A program made the translations under genes and the position numbers. A stretch of DNA of 64,000 nucleotides from Styela clava. Taxonomy: Eukaryota. Below are positions 1 to 13,600 of the stretch, one piece after another. Where the stretch lies: NCBI RefSeq assembly GCF_964204865.1, contig NC_135251.1:15376001-15440000 (forward strand). Reading direction: 5' to 3'. Positions within the stretch are counted from its first letter, which is position 1, and the number at the start of each line of letters is the position of its first letter. Below the pieces are notes generated by a model. That model saw only the letters and a program-made list of their open reading frames with translations, was not told where the DNA came from and ran no database searches.

Positions 1-74
1 TCACAATCAGAATCATGTTTCGACTGAATCGGATTGAATATACGATTTATACTAAAATACTAATATATTTTAAG

Positions 75-3000
75 GTTTACGAGGATATTGCACAATTTAG
101 CATCATATTATCACTCATCGAATAGGCTAATAAAACCAAGTCTTACTACACCTCAAGAATTACCATGTAACGCTAATGCCACCATGTATAATCCATCTGT
201 TCTTCTAATATTAGGTAAGTATCCTTGTAATTTATATTGGATTTGAGCAGTGCCAGTAAGAAACAATAGTGGTCTTGTGGTATGGTTGTGTGATAGTTGT
301 ACTATAGTCGGGTCATTGTCTTTAGTATTTGACGAAACTCTCTATAGCAGTGGTTTCAAACCGGGGGCCTGTGACCGCCTCCATAGGGTTTGGTTTTACA
401 GAATATTTTCACTCTGTTTTGCATGAATTGTTTGAACATAATGGGATTTGGAATCTATCAATCAAAATACACTTTAAAAACCACTGGAATGATAAACACG
501 GGAGACAATCAAGGGAGTGCTAAAAGCTTACAGAAGGGGGCCACGAGCTCTAGGGGGTTGGGAACCATACTGACTGCTCTATAGAGAGAATACATGGAAT
601 ACCAAAGAAAATCGAATTTAAGATCGAGGCGTGTATAGTTATACAACTTTTATCTTGACAAAGCCCTGGCTCCACGCGCGATCACTAATACGTCGGGAGC
701 TGCTACAATATTTGACTTTGAAGCTATTACAAGTAATTGTAGTGCGCAAACGTGATGGCTGCTGGATTGAACTAGGCTCCAGGTCTAGATTCCCAAATTC
801 AATGCCAACAAAGTCAGACCAAATCGATAACTTACTTAGCAAAATTATTATGCATATTAACTGTAAGTTTGAGCGTATAATAAGAGAGTCAGCGCAAAAG
901 AATCTTAGTTTTATATAAAATTCTAGAATGGTGAGTAAGTGATAAATTGAAAATATAGTGTGTACTGTAAAACGTTAAAGCTAAAAGTATATCTTTCAGG
1001 TCATGTCTTTATCGGAGCAGGTTCTACGCCGTTGTGGCCTCTCGGAGTCGCCTACTTAGATGAACATCTCGTCAGCAGAAAGTTGCCAATATATTTAGGT
1101 GAGCTTTGAAATTGTCTAAATTTATCTATTATTGACATTATTCTAAAAATCATGCGTAATATCTTGTTATGTTTTTTTACCTTTGCTGACAACTTCTATT
1201 TCCAACATGCGGCAATTTTAACATATTGCAGTTACGTGGAATTGTACAATTGCTGACGGTTGAATAGGAGAATGCATAGATAACTACATTTTTCCACTTT
1301 TAGCTTTAGCGTTTATGGGTTCTTATCAACTTGATACGCATGCAAAAAATCGGTGAAAATAAACAGAAAAGCGTACAAAAGTATATATTTTAGAATCTTA
1401 TTCCGCCAAATGTATTTCTGTAACCTTTTGTCTGACTAAAATTCTACTTCTTGAGACAGGCATCTTCCAACTAAAGCACATTGGATATGTCATACATTAT
1501 AGTGGGTAAAATAATATAAAGCAATAATGTTTTAATTTGCAGGTATTTTTATTGGCATTACGTTAACTGGACCAGTAGCTGGATTTCTGCTTGGAAGTTT
1601 GAGTTCTGCTATTTATGTATCAATAGACGCACACGACCTCAAGCCATCTGATCCAGCATGGATTGGTGCATGGTGGCTCGGTAAGAAAACTATAAAATTT
1701 TATTTGATCTTATTTTTGTTCACTGTACCTTGTTTTATATTTGTATTTTCAGAAATCTTACCATTTTACAACTAAAATTTATATTCATTTAAAAAACTAT
1801 AGGATATGTCATCGCTGCTACATTGATGGTGATACTGCTTGTACCGTTTTATTTTTTCCCCGAAAAATTGAAACTGTCCCACGAAAAAATAAAAGAAAAT
1901 GAAGAATATCAAATTCTAATAGCAGAGGAAATAAGTGCCGTAAGTTTTCGCTTTCTTATATATACTGCGGAATTAATTTGCTGCGTTTCATAGCTAAATA
2001 TGCCATATTAAAAATTAACTATTTCATGCCCAACGCAAAGAAAACCAAACTTTGCTATATATATGATCAGTAATCAGTAATTTATTTTTTCCCATACCGA
2101 AAATACGAAATTATACAAACAGTAAGGTAAAATATAAAATAATGTAATTCAGCGTAAGGGGAGGCGTGATAAACCAGTTATGGTTATCGAGCAGCGTTGT
2201 CGTTGAGGGAGTCTAACATATAATCATAAAGATAATCAAAACTCATGTTTGCATACATTTTAGTGAATATACCGCATTGACTTATTTTATAGATCACGCG
2301 GTAGACATCTAACTTAATGAGAAAACAGGTGTTCAAGTTTAATTTTGTTGCTGCTGTATCATTTATTTACCATGTGAAAAAATACTACTGACTACTGACA
2401 TTTTCAATAAATTTGCGAAGAATTGCCCTCTATCAATATATATTTTACCTGTTTGACTTGAGGATTGAAATAAAACTAAGTTCTTCACTACTCACTTGTG
2501 TCATTAATCAGGCGGAGGCGGAAGCAGATGGCGGCACTGTTACAGCAGTTTTCCAGGATGCTCGAGATTTTCATTCGGAAGAAAGTATTCCTTTGTTATG
2601 CGAAGAAAAAAATAACGGGAAAAAAATTTATAGAGCCGTGAGAGGTTAGCCCGATAAAGATTCTCATTTTTCTAGAAATTCTTGTCAGGCGCTGATGAAA
2701 CTTCAGCATCTGGAGATTTTTTTTTTGTCTTATTTGAATAAATAATTAAATTGCGACTAGATTATTAGTGTTATAACTTTTTTGATGACAAATGCAGAAA
2801 CGTTGATGATGAATGACAAAAGTTTCAATCGACAAAAATTTGGTAGAGAATGTCAAACGTGAAATTCATATATTTCCAAAATTGCTAGTTTCACAGTTAA
2901 TTGGCGTACAATGGCTTGTTGTTGCTAAATCTTTCGTGAAAATCAATGAAAATGATATGTTATTCATTTTGCAGATTTAATTTGTTCTATCCGGCGACTT

Positions 3001-3723
3001 CTATCAATACCACTGGTGATGTGTGCATTTCTTGCTTACGTTATATTAGCCAATCTCTTGGCTGGTGTCAGTACATTTGGGTCAACTTTCATTCAAAGAG
3101 AGTTTAACGTTTTGAGAATAACATCAGATATGTTGATAGGTATATATCATTCAGTTGTTATAAGACAAAAATAACTTTAGTAAGTACGCATCAATCATAT
3201 CAAACGTTTTCATGAAGTCATCAAAAATCATTTTAACGTTTTATGAACATTCTAATTAACACTTCAACTTAAATTTTTATTCATTTCATTCATTTTCATT
3301 AAAAACACTTTTGTGAAAGCAACTGTTTATTATTTTGCACATGTACAATCAAAGAAATTAGTTTAAACTCAGATTACACAATGCAAATATATATAAAACA
3401 AAATGTTCGATCAAGTTCAATAAGCGAGTTGAACAACCTTATCCATTATTATATCTAAAAGAATTGCTAAATAAATGGTAAAAGATATTTTTCACACACT
3501 TTTCTAGGTGGGGTTTGCGTTCCACTCGCAATAGCTGGCACTTTTGGGGGCGGATACCTGATGAAAAGATTTGATTTTTCAACCAGCCAAAGCCTTCTAT
3601 TTAACGTCGCAATGTCCAGCATTGGTACTGTGATTCTCTCCACATTATTTGCGCTCGGATGTGACACACCAATTACAGCGGGAATCAACCGCCCATATAT
3701 GTGAGAACAAACTTTAAACAATG

Positions 3724-3763
<40 letters not shown>

Positions 3764-5526
3764 AAATATAGTCAAAAATATTCCTCTCCAAATACCTCAA
3801 ACGTGTGACCTATGTCAAAAATATTGTTTATTTTTCTTATCGCCCGATGTAACCGTATATATTTTTGAACTGCTGAAGACATCAAAACTGAAAGACAAAA
3901 TTGCTCATCTTTTTCTTTATACAGAAATGAAAAAGTTATCAACATAACTTCAGAATGTAATGAAGATTGTGATTGCCCACATGGTGAAATTAATCTTTTA
4001 TGTAGCAAGTCCAACATCACATATATATCACCGTGTTATGCGGGATGTACTTCACATACCCCAGCAACAAAAGACGGAAATACAAAAGAGGTGATTAACT
4101 TTGTCATATAAATTTACTCAAGTCCAAAACAAGTAAAATAACATTTGTTCGACATTGATTAGAATTCTCAAACTCAAATTTTGAGAATTTCGTTTTCCCT
4201 GCTTTTCAATTAGCGTTTCGCACGAATATTATCTTAGGCGTGAAATGGGAAAATATTTTAGCGCATTTGGTAGAATGCACATTTGTTTAGATTTCTAAAA
4301 TAATTCGCGAAATAAATAATAGGTATATGCACACAATAGGTGTCTTTTCATTTACTTATGTCTTTCATGATGACCTATGTCTCCGCAGATTTATGATGAT
4401 TGCTCTTGCGTGAATGAATTAGCGCAACCGTTGACGATGGGACCTTGTACCACCAATGACTGTGGTCGACTCCTAGCAGGTGCGATGATTTGTGCATCTT
4501 TGGGAATTATGATTCTTTGCTTCTGCCAAGCACCGACATATACGATTTTACTTCGCTCACTACGAGTCGAAGACAAACCTCTGGCCATCGGACTGTTGAC
4601 ATTTCTCTCTCGAATTTTAGGTAACGAGTTAATAATTTATTTACTACATTAATATTAAAAATGAACATAGGAATTACATTTTAAAAAATGTGATATATAT
4701 ATCCACTATTTTTTACTTCTGCCTAAAATGAACATATGCTATTTTTTCGTGACAAATGCTGGATGAAAACATAGACCCATTATTTTATTTATATTTATTA
4801 CTTATCGATTTTAATCGGTAAGTATGTTGATAGGTATTTGTCTGTCTGTATGTCTGTTAGATGCACGCGATATCTCACGAAGGCGAGATTGAATCTGCTC
4901 CAGATTTTGCATGTGCATTCATCATATCTCGGACCAAAAGCCTATTGATTTGGGGCGATTTATGTCGTATAATTAGCGAGTTATTGATTAATTACTGATG
5001 GGACACAAGGTGTCACTATGGAGTAAGAGCGCTGTTTTGCGGGATCCCCTAACTTTCGATCGATAAGTCTTCTGAACGATTTCTTGTTACTTCAGTTGAT
5101 TGCTTACAATTCTGTATTTGTAACATATAAAGTTGTAATATTCATCCATTCGCGGCTTCTTATCTGAATTGCTGCAATATTTTTATTAACACGGGCATTT
5201 TTTTTGTTCTAGGATTCATACCTGCTCCAATATGGTTTGCTTTGGTGATAGATAACAGCTGCATTTATTGGGGGCCCGAGTGCATGGGGAAGTCTGTCTG
5301 CAAATTATACAACAATCATGGCCTTCGTCTCAATTTTGTTGGTGGTTGTGTTTCCTGTGCTACTGGATACGCAATTACATTTGCTGCAATGGCGTCCTGG
5401 TTCATATATGCGGAAAGTCGCGATAGCAACGAGGATACTCCACTAATAAAAGTGGTTGAAGATAGGGCTAGGCCACGTGATTCAAGATGGGAAAGAGTCT
5501 CCAGAATGCGATCATTCACGCGATGA
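75..5526 (+). CDS. Solute carrier organic anion transporter (SLCO/OATP family), 5'-truncated by window edge; 10 exons visible
   Basis: Exons 75-214, 1000-1098, 1543-1680, 1803-1939, 2512-2644, 2975-3139, 3508-3700, 3925-4090, 4389-4620 and 5213-5526 are all GT-AG and frame-compatible. The translation has GAGSTPLWPLGVAYLDE, the OATP signature DPAWIGAWWLG, a Kazal-like loop CNEDCDC...YISPCYAGC, and RILGFIPAPIWFALVIDNSCIYW. AATAAA lies near 5879. Subfamily not assignable by eye. Confidence 0.93.
348..576. mobile_element. Non-autonomous hAT (Buster/Charlie-type) MITE in SLCO intron
   Basis: Termini CAGTGGTTTCAAACC ... GGTTGGGAACCA(TACTG)ACTG; 8-bp TSD CTCTATAG at 340-347 and 577-584. Confidence 0.8.
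3727..3760. repeat. (TA)n microsatellite
   Basis: Uninterrupted AT dinucleotide run in an SLCO intron. Confidence 0.95.
4795..5088 (+). mobile_element. DINE-1/HINE-like (Helentron-associated) repeat, short copy
   Basis: Subterminal inverted repeat ACTTATCGAT...ATCGATAAGT and a (TCTG)n microsatellite. The body is shared with 27650-27802 (reverse) and 53110-54020. Confidence 0.7.
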
Positions 5527-6197
5527 TAATGGGTGTCTGTGAACGCGAGTAATCTTTTGCTAGATCCCTAACACCAAGTGCTATTTGTCTCAGACATTAT
5601 CATCAGTGCACCAGAGTTCAAAGTCACTATCTGTTGTCATTATCCGTCGCTGACGTCTACCTACATGACATACAAACTTGAGCAATGAGTAGCAGATGTG
5701 AATTGAAACTGGAATTGCACTGCATTATCGGCATCTTAGGCAAAGCACAGACAACAATATACAACAATTGCCAACGAGCCACGCATCCATATTTGTCTGG
5801 AGAGTAGAGAGTATGCTGCAACTAGTTTTTATTGTGCAATAGTACAAACTTTTATTTTTCTTGTCCTCGTTTGCCAAAAATAAAAGGTATAACATTAGAA
5901 TATTTTATTTCATAGCTATCCACCATAAGAATGTTCTGCAGTATGCAGTGTGTTGAGTGTTTTTGCGTTGCAAATTGCCACATCTGATTTCGTTTCTATT
6001 AATATTAAAAACCAGTGAACCCTAGCCCCACCCCTAACATTTAAAATACCCTCACCCAATTTTAGGGCGCCACACTTTAACGCTAATAAAATGGTATTCA
6101 ACTATGCAGAAAGTGGCGTATATGCCAGTGCCAGTGCAGATTATCGGGCGAGTGCATAACCCATTTTGATAAGTTCTGAATAGTTTTATCGGTAGTC

Positions 6198-6307
6198 GAT
6201 ACTCCTGAAGTATGCGCACCAAGATGTCACATAACCTGAACCCTAACCTGGTACACAACCTGAGTTCAGGTTGTACGCCATCTTGGTGCGCATACCTCAG
6301 GAGGTCC
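6198..6307. mobile_element. Palindromic MITE (GG..CC termini, Merlin-like), short form
   Basis: Long TIR CTCCTGAAGTATGCGCACCAAGATG / CATCTTGGTGCGCATACCTCAGGAG with internal CCCTAACC; same family as 33197-33306 and 22574-22809. Confidence 0.75.
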
Positions 6308-6990
6308 GTTTTATCATTATTCGAAAAACATCAACCACCCTCTAAATTTGGGAACACCCTCTTGAAATGAGAAGATGGGGAACATAATGCTGAAGACAAA
6401 TTTTTCCGCTAGTGCGTTCGATACCGTATAAACAGAACAAATCCGCCACGAGTCTTTAAGAACGGTACGGTAATAGAAATAGGGAACACGAGGATTCTTG
6501 CAATAATTTGCACTGGAAGATAGCGTATAAACATTTTGAATGTTTATTTTGTGAGTGTTTTGGAGAATTAACACTCACAAACTGATGTACATGCTCAAAA
6601 CCATTATTTTTATTAAAATATACTACCGCGTGCCGCTTTCACGTACTAATAGCTAATTTTAGCTTAGAAGACATAATGACAATTAAAATACTTCATTCTC
6701 GACTAATTTATTGGAAACACAACTGAAAACTGACAAATAACACGCAATACAAACTCAAGAAACAAGGCAGTGTTTACAACCAAGTTCTCGGCGGGCCAGA
6801 TTATAACATGAATAGTATTCAATATCTTAATCACATATTTATTCGTTTAAAGTAAAGTTTAAACTACAAAAAATAGAGACCAAAAAACACAATGAATTTA
6901 TCATAATGTACTAAAAGTGTAATAATGTAATATCATAATGTACTGATGTACAGTCAGCGGGCCGGTCAAAACCTCGGGCCGTATGTTGCT

Positions 6991-7380
6991 CCGTATTTGC
7001 TCGTTTAATAGCCCGGGCGCTTATTTTTTTAAACATACTCACTAACCGGCCTTCATTCAAACCGGCCCTTATTCAAGCAGGGGCGCTTGTTATTTTTAGT
7101 AAAATTACACTCAAAATACCGGTAGATAAGATCGATCGTTACAATAATTAATACCGTATATTGTCATTTCCAGTTCTCAAGTATGATTTAAACGAGAATA
7201 ATGAAAATTTTGACTTTTTCTACGCACCGCAAGTACAAATCCGCAACAAAAAAAAAAAAAAAAAAAAAAACGGGCGGGTATTCAAGCACCGGCCCTTATT
7301 TATTTTCATGTCCTGTTCACACGGGCGGCTATTCAGACGGGCCCTTAATCAAGACCGGGGGTTAAAACGAGCATTTACGG
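6991..7380. mobile_element. Tc1/mariner-pogo-like MITE
   Basis: TIR CCGTATTTGCTCGTTT ... AAACGAGCATTTACGG followed by TA; repeated internal CCGGCCCTTATT motifs. Confidence 0.65.
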
Positions 7381-8208
7381 TATGTGCTTATACGAGCACA
7401 GAGATTACCAGATCTAATTCTTAATCAGAAGGGAATAAAACTGAAGCGTGTGATAATTTAAAAACAATAATAAACATTTAGCCCGAGACACTTCAGAGAA
7501 AAAGCTCATAAAAGATTACTTCAATTTTTATGTTATGCGGCTCAAAATATTTTGAAATTTCAACCTGAATTTGGGCTTCTGATTCAAATTTCTTTTTATT
7601 ATCTGGTAACACATTTAAATCACTTTCCTTCGCATAGTTACATCTGTGACGTTTTCTTTTTTTACAATTACATTTCCATTGTTCTGAGTTTCCTAGGTAA
7701 CAGAAGATCGGCTCTCACTTTGGAATTTATTTCTTGATGTTCGCATCACTTTGGTTTGTAGGAATTTATTCCCTCCTAGTACAAAGAAGTCCTGTTATAT
7801 TCACCAGGTAAAAAATTATTATATTTTGTAATTGAAATAACGGGGTTGCTAGTTGTTGTATTGATAATGTTTACGTTGATACCAGAAAGTTTAAACTTGC
7901 ATGAGCTGGATGGCCAGTAGTCCACAAACAGAGATTCAATTTCCTTGTGAGTATTGCCTGTAATAATATTATGATTCAATAATATGCGTACGAACAAACC
8001 TTGTTTCAATAGCACATGTTGGGACCCCGCATAGCTTACTAAACCAAGTAACGTTAGAATCAAAAATTTACGGTAGACTACCAGTGCACGTTGAGTTTAT
8101 AACTTAACCATGTTTTCTTTGTAAAATCAGAACTTTTAATACCAACTTATATTTATATTGCAGGACTAAAGCTGACTTCAATGAATTATTTGAGGACAAA
8201 TCATCAAA

Positions 8209-11200
8209 ATGACTGAGTATACTTTTAAACCATCCTCAAATCTAACCGATGCTGATGAATGGTATGAAATTCCTTTATCTACAGAAAATGAGGATGAACT
8301 CAGTCCTCGCGATGTTTTACAACTTCAGAAAATTAGAAATGCGTTCGCACCAAAGCCTTACGGTATGTACTAATACAGTGAAATCATTTATACGAGGTTA
8401 TAGCTTTTTAATGATCAAAAACTACAAATATTTTTGAAGTCTGTGTGTAAAAAAGCCTCGTTGAAAAATACTACATGTATTTCAGTCATTGAATTTATTT
8501 ATTCGATTTTTTCAGATGATTCCGACTTTGACGATAAACTTTCCAGTTTGAATATACCGACTCATAATCAGCATCACATTGTACAAATGAACTCTCTTTC
8601 GACACGTACCAAATCTGCAACGTCTACTAGTCATACTACTGAAATGGCAGTAGAGTTTCCGATAGTTCGAAATATCACAAAAAGACGAATGGAACAAGAT
8701 AGCGGGGATGCCAGTTGTGAATTAAAGGCAGAATCACGTGTCGAGGTATTAATTGTGTCAAATATTTCTATAAAATACTTTCTTTTTTCTATGATTGTGA
8801 TTATATCGTTATGCTCATTAAATACAGAAAAACCCACGAACCACCGAAGGCAAAGAGGAAGATGCATTGAAAAATATTAGTTCGGAACACAAACAAGATA
8901 ATGTTATACAGAGCACTAACGGACAGCAAGAGGTTCGAGAAGAGATGAAACGAAATATTTAACTTTGTATCCAATCATATTTTTAATGAAATATTCCGTG
9001 CGCTATCGCTACAAATACATAAAGTTTTAATAGAGGCAAAATATTTTATCACAATTTATTTTTGTTATCGTTAACGTTGTTTTGTAAACAAATAAAATAT
9101 TGACAGTGATCTCATTTATTTTAGCCAATCAAAGCCGAAACGAATTTTGAGAAACAATCCACGAAATACGACATTTGCCATTGTGGGGTTCAAACTTTTT
9201 GGGTAAGTTTAATGGGGATTAGTTTACAGCAAGCAGAAATATAAACATATTATATTTCTTATATTTAGAAACGTAATGATTGTTGCCAGCTGGAAGATGC
9301 TCTGAACCTAAAGGCTCTTACCATCACACGAGCTCATGCAGATAAAATGCGCGATCAGTTGCATTCATGTTCATCCACCTTGAAGCAAGCCGATGATCTT
9401 CTTATCTCATCACGTGCTTTATCATCAGCTTTAGATAAAGTGGGTGAATAGTAGCAAGAGGAAATCTCTCTGAAAAGGGATGGATTGAGAAAAATGGAAG
9501 ACCTAGAAAGAAGAATAAGTGACTTGCAAATTCTAGAAACTGATTTAGGACTTTTTCAAAATGAATATGAGAAGCTTGGTGAGCTTTTCGAATGTAAACT
9601 GTCTTTACAAAATATTACTGGAAGCTCAACGTTCATGTGGAACAAAGTTAAAAATTTGCTCAATTTTATCGATCAATTTTATGAAGTTGAAGCTTCACTT
9701 GCCGCTACTGCTCACGAACTATAACTAGAAGAATGTACTGAAACATTTGAACGTGAGAATTGTGTCTGGGAAAATCTTTTAAAAAACAAAGATGAAGTTT
9801 GTGAAGCCAGGATGATCCGACTAAGACATGAGAACAACAAGTTGGAAGAAGATTTGAATGCAGCGCATGAAGCAGTAAAACAGACAAGAGATTCACATCG
9901 ACGAGAGAAAGATGAAAATGAAGAGATGTTTAAGAATAATGCCGATAAAATGAGAATGCTTGAATGCAATAGCAAACAAAACTATAACTTGTTGTCTCAA
10001 TCGCATTCATCAATTAAAGTGTCATTGGAGCTAAATACTAAAATCTGTCAATCAATGGAGAAAGAACACGCTGATTTGAGGGTCGACATCAAGAGTATTG
10101 AATCTCTTCTCATTAGGATGACAAATGAGTTCAAGCCAGGAAATATTCAGAAACAAGACAAATCAGTCGAGTGTAACGTTTCTAAAATGCAATCTGATGA
10201 AATAAAAAGACAAAAACATGATTTGATGAAGGAAAATGAGTACATGAAGCAATCGTTGATTAATCTTAGGAAAGAGATTGTTAGAAAAAACAGTACATAT
10301 AACAGAATGTATTCTAATCTTCGACGTCTGAAATCAGCTTAACATCAACAAGAATTGACAGCGCGACGTTTGCAAGCTGACAACATTGCATTGCGCCAAC
10401 ACAGTGCAAGAAATGGGCAAAGTGCATCGAAATCTGGCACAAACGTTTCTCAAGAAAGCATTGCAGTTCAGAAAGCTGTCCTCAAATTTCAACCACAGGC
10501 CATACTCAGTAACAAAGTTTTCCAGAAACTCACCGAAACTAATGTAACAACAAAGAAACTACCTTGAAAAAACTGGAAGTGTGGTCTGTCAAAAAATGCC
10601 ACGCCGACAACCTGCTAACGCCAAGTACTAGTTTGACTAAAGTTAGCGAAGAAATAACGAAACCAGTGGAAAAATTTGCGACATCTACACCGGTAAAACG
10701 AACTTCCGAAAAAGACTTTGTATCTCGCCAGCATCCGGCCACATGTTCTTCCATCGATTCTGACCAACTTCAACAATCACCAAAGCGTAGACGCGCAGAA
10801 AGTGCAATCCAGCGCTCAATAAATAAAAAAACGTATGGGTAAAAGTGAGAGAAATAGAGAGCCCGAAACAACTCAGAATTACCAAGGAAACTCAGATTAT
10901 ACAGGCTTCACTCGCACACCTATATTGAACAGACCAAAAAATCGTCTGGTAGGTATTCCTATGTCTGAACAAGAATTTCAGAGACTAGTTGGATCGATGG
11001 ACGAGGCTAGGTATCTCTCGGAGGACAATGGATACTATTCTCTATCGAATACAAAACATCTATGGAAATCAGATACAATCAATACTTCAAATGACCCATG
11101 TCAGTTTTCATCTACTTCTGAGTTCAAAGATGAAACATCGCGACGAACCAATCGTAATCTAGCTAAAAAATATCAGCGATCAGTATTTGGTGACGTACAG

Positions 11201-11411
11201 ATGAGTTACATTTGATCTAGCATCGTTTAACATAACGCAAATGCGTCATATTCCATGGAACGAAGGATTTTCCGAATCACAGGAAGAAATGCGTAAGTTT
11301 ATTGACTTTTTGGGAGAAGTAGCTCAAGAATTGAATCGTAATCCAGACTGGTGTGAAATTCATTCACTTGGAAAGTCATCAGATTGGTTGGAACTGAAAG
11401 ACTTGTTTTAA
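8209..11411 (+). pseudogene. Multi-exon coiled-coil protein gene with in-frame stops and frameshifts (probable unprocessed pseudogene)
   Basis: ATG at 8209. Exons 8209-8362, 8516-8745, 8828-8932, 9125-9202 and 9269-11411 splice in frame. The last exon has TAG TAG (9449-9454), TAA (9722) and TAA (10340) in one frame, then frame changes near 10550, 10830 and 11205. The sequence is heptad-like and E/K/L/Q-rich. Final TAA at 11409-11411, AATAAA near 11494. Confidence 0.75.
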
Positions 11412-13299
11412 AAACATTTTAGTTTTATATGTCATATATGGCCAATAACGTGCAATGTTATCTCTCGTCTCAATTTTCTAACGACCGGTGGTTAATAAAA
11501 CAAATACCTCTATATTATTTTCTAATTTGTTTTATATTTATTTATTTTTAAATAAAATACATATTAGGTCATTTACTAATTAATGTTGTTTCTCGAGTAG
11601 AAAATCTAATTAATTATCTACGTTGCAGTTGTCTCTTACTATTTTTAAATTAATTATCTATGTCATTCAATTCCGATGGACATTTTGATTAAATTTTTAT
11701 CTTTCTTGGATGCATGTCCTAATTGAAATTATAAATGGATATGATTAAAATATAAAACTGTTTAAACTTCAGTAGACATAAGCAGCACGGTAGAAAATTT
11801 ATTTCATCAGATATTAAAGAGGGTTTATATTTTTATCGAAGTTTTTTTGTGCGAAGAACGAGTAGAATTGTGTAAAATTTCCGTTACCGGGATAGGCGAA
11901 TCGTCTCACTGACTACCTCACGTATGAAACAAGATTCTGTGAGTAGTATCCTTTCTTTCACCAGTCATCCAACAAGCTTGAAGGTGATTGAACACACAAA
12001 TGGGTCGACATTGTCTACGCTAAGGATTTGTCACGTTCGTGTTCTTACATGGACGGGCCGCAATTTTAGACTAGTAAATAGAATTCGAGCGGTCAACGGT
12101 CAGCTGTTCATAAACTCGATGTAACTGAATCAGATTCTCCCATTGAGTACACCTCAGTGGATTCTCCACAACAGAAGTTAGACACCGAAGATTTTTCGCT
12201 CCCCACTGACTGTAAAGGATATATCCCGGGGGAGAGTAGAGCCGTTAAGACATCCCAATCCTATAGCGAACCACGATTTCCGGACCGGTTCCAATATACG
12301 TCGGGCATGATATGATTCCCAAACTTTTTTTTTCTCGAGCCAAATTTACATAAAATTAAAAATTATAGATATTCGCGACCCACTGGAGAAAGTGAAGGCA
12401 ATTTCAAAAATCAGTATATATTTTTAATTATCCTAACGAGAACATGCGCCTGTAAGTCGTTTGTCGTCCTATCAGTTCTTAGAACCTTGGTGCGGCGGTA
12501 CCCATTGGACAGAGGAATAGTAGCATATCAGTGCGATATAGTGAAATAAGTCTAGTGAGTATTCATTGTGAACTGCCATTTTTTTATGATTCCCATCAAA
12601 AGGCATATTTTCCTTGAAGGGTAAATCACACTTAATTTTGCTTGCTTATAACTTTTGATCATTAAGGATAATGGAAAATTGAGTAAATTTTGCTAATAGT
12701 AAAAAGACGATTGCAACCGTTCACCATTTACATGATTCACCATACAACGGCAGAGGACCAACAAAGTCCAATTTTGGGGCCCCGTCACAGGAAACCTAAA
12801 TATCTTTATCTCGTTTGGTTTAAACCCCCCTCGCAATAAAATTAAAAATCGAAGTTAAGACGAATCAAATGAATTCGGGACAATTAAGGTAAAAAAGATT
12901 TGAGACGTGTTGATACACATGCAACACTCAGTCATGAATACAGACTATAATGTATCAATCAAAACTGTTAGCGCATAATTTACTCTGCTGATGTTGAACA
13001 ACAGAGTTAGTTGTCTGAGATTGAAAAATCTTCACAATATGATACCAACGTTACTCGAAATTATCAGCCCAAACTGTCAAAAAGTCTGCATATGTACCTA
13101 TTTGCTTCTAAAGGTTTTATATAAACAGGTTTCAAAGTTCATGTATGCATTTGTAGATTGAGGTGATGAACTTTTAATAAATCATAGACAGCACATACAC
13201 AAGGGTCGAGAGGCAAAGTGATCGGTCTTGCACACTGACCACACCAACAGACGATTAATCGATTACTGTTAAATTATTTTATTCATTGGCTTACATTTA

Positions 13300-13430
13300 T
13301 AGGATAGGTTAAGTATTTGTTTTCGGAAGCATGGACTTGATAGTGGAGGAAGCCATAACCGAACAGCGGCTACGTGAACCACCCTACGGCGGCTAGAAAT
13401 CCAGCAATCCTCTTGCACATAACTATCCTA
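13300..13430 (-). mobile_element. SINE family fragment (central part)
   Basis: Reverse complement matches 23540-23650 (GCAAGAG..TTGCTGGA..CCAC.ATCAAGTCCATGCTTCCGAAAACA). A related 3' fragment is at about 12220-12320. Confidence 0.6.
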
Positions 13431-13600
13431 TTTATAGTAGTGGATACTTTGCTTTAATAAATCTCTCACTCTTTTTCCCGGACCGGATTGTCATTGCCAA
13501 TGGCCCATTTGGGTTAGATTAAAAAATTAACTTTTCGAGCTTTTGTGAAAGTTTTATCAGATGCGTTCAAATTCGGTATACCGAAATGCCACGTGCATTG

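Noticed and set aside
639-842. Minus-strand ORF with faint Rab-like words (VGIEFG...RTTIT)
   Set aside because: No GxxxxGKS, WDTAGQE or NKxD motifs; it lies antisense in an SLCO intron and is probably chance.
9449-10342. Alternative genetic code (TAR = Gln) explaining the in-frame stops
   Set aside because: SUMO, the MARVEL-like gene and MS4A-like paralogs 3 and 4 terminate normally with TAA/TAG, and the same gene also has frameshifts.
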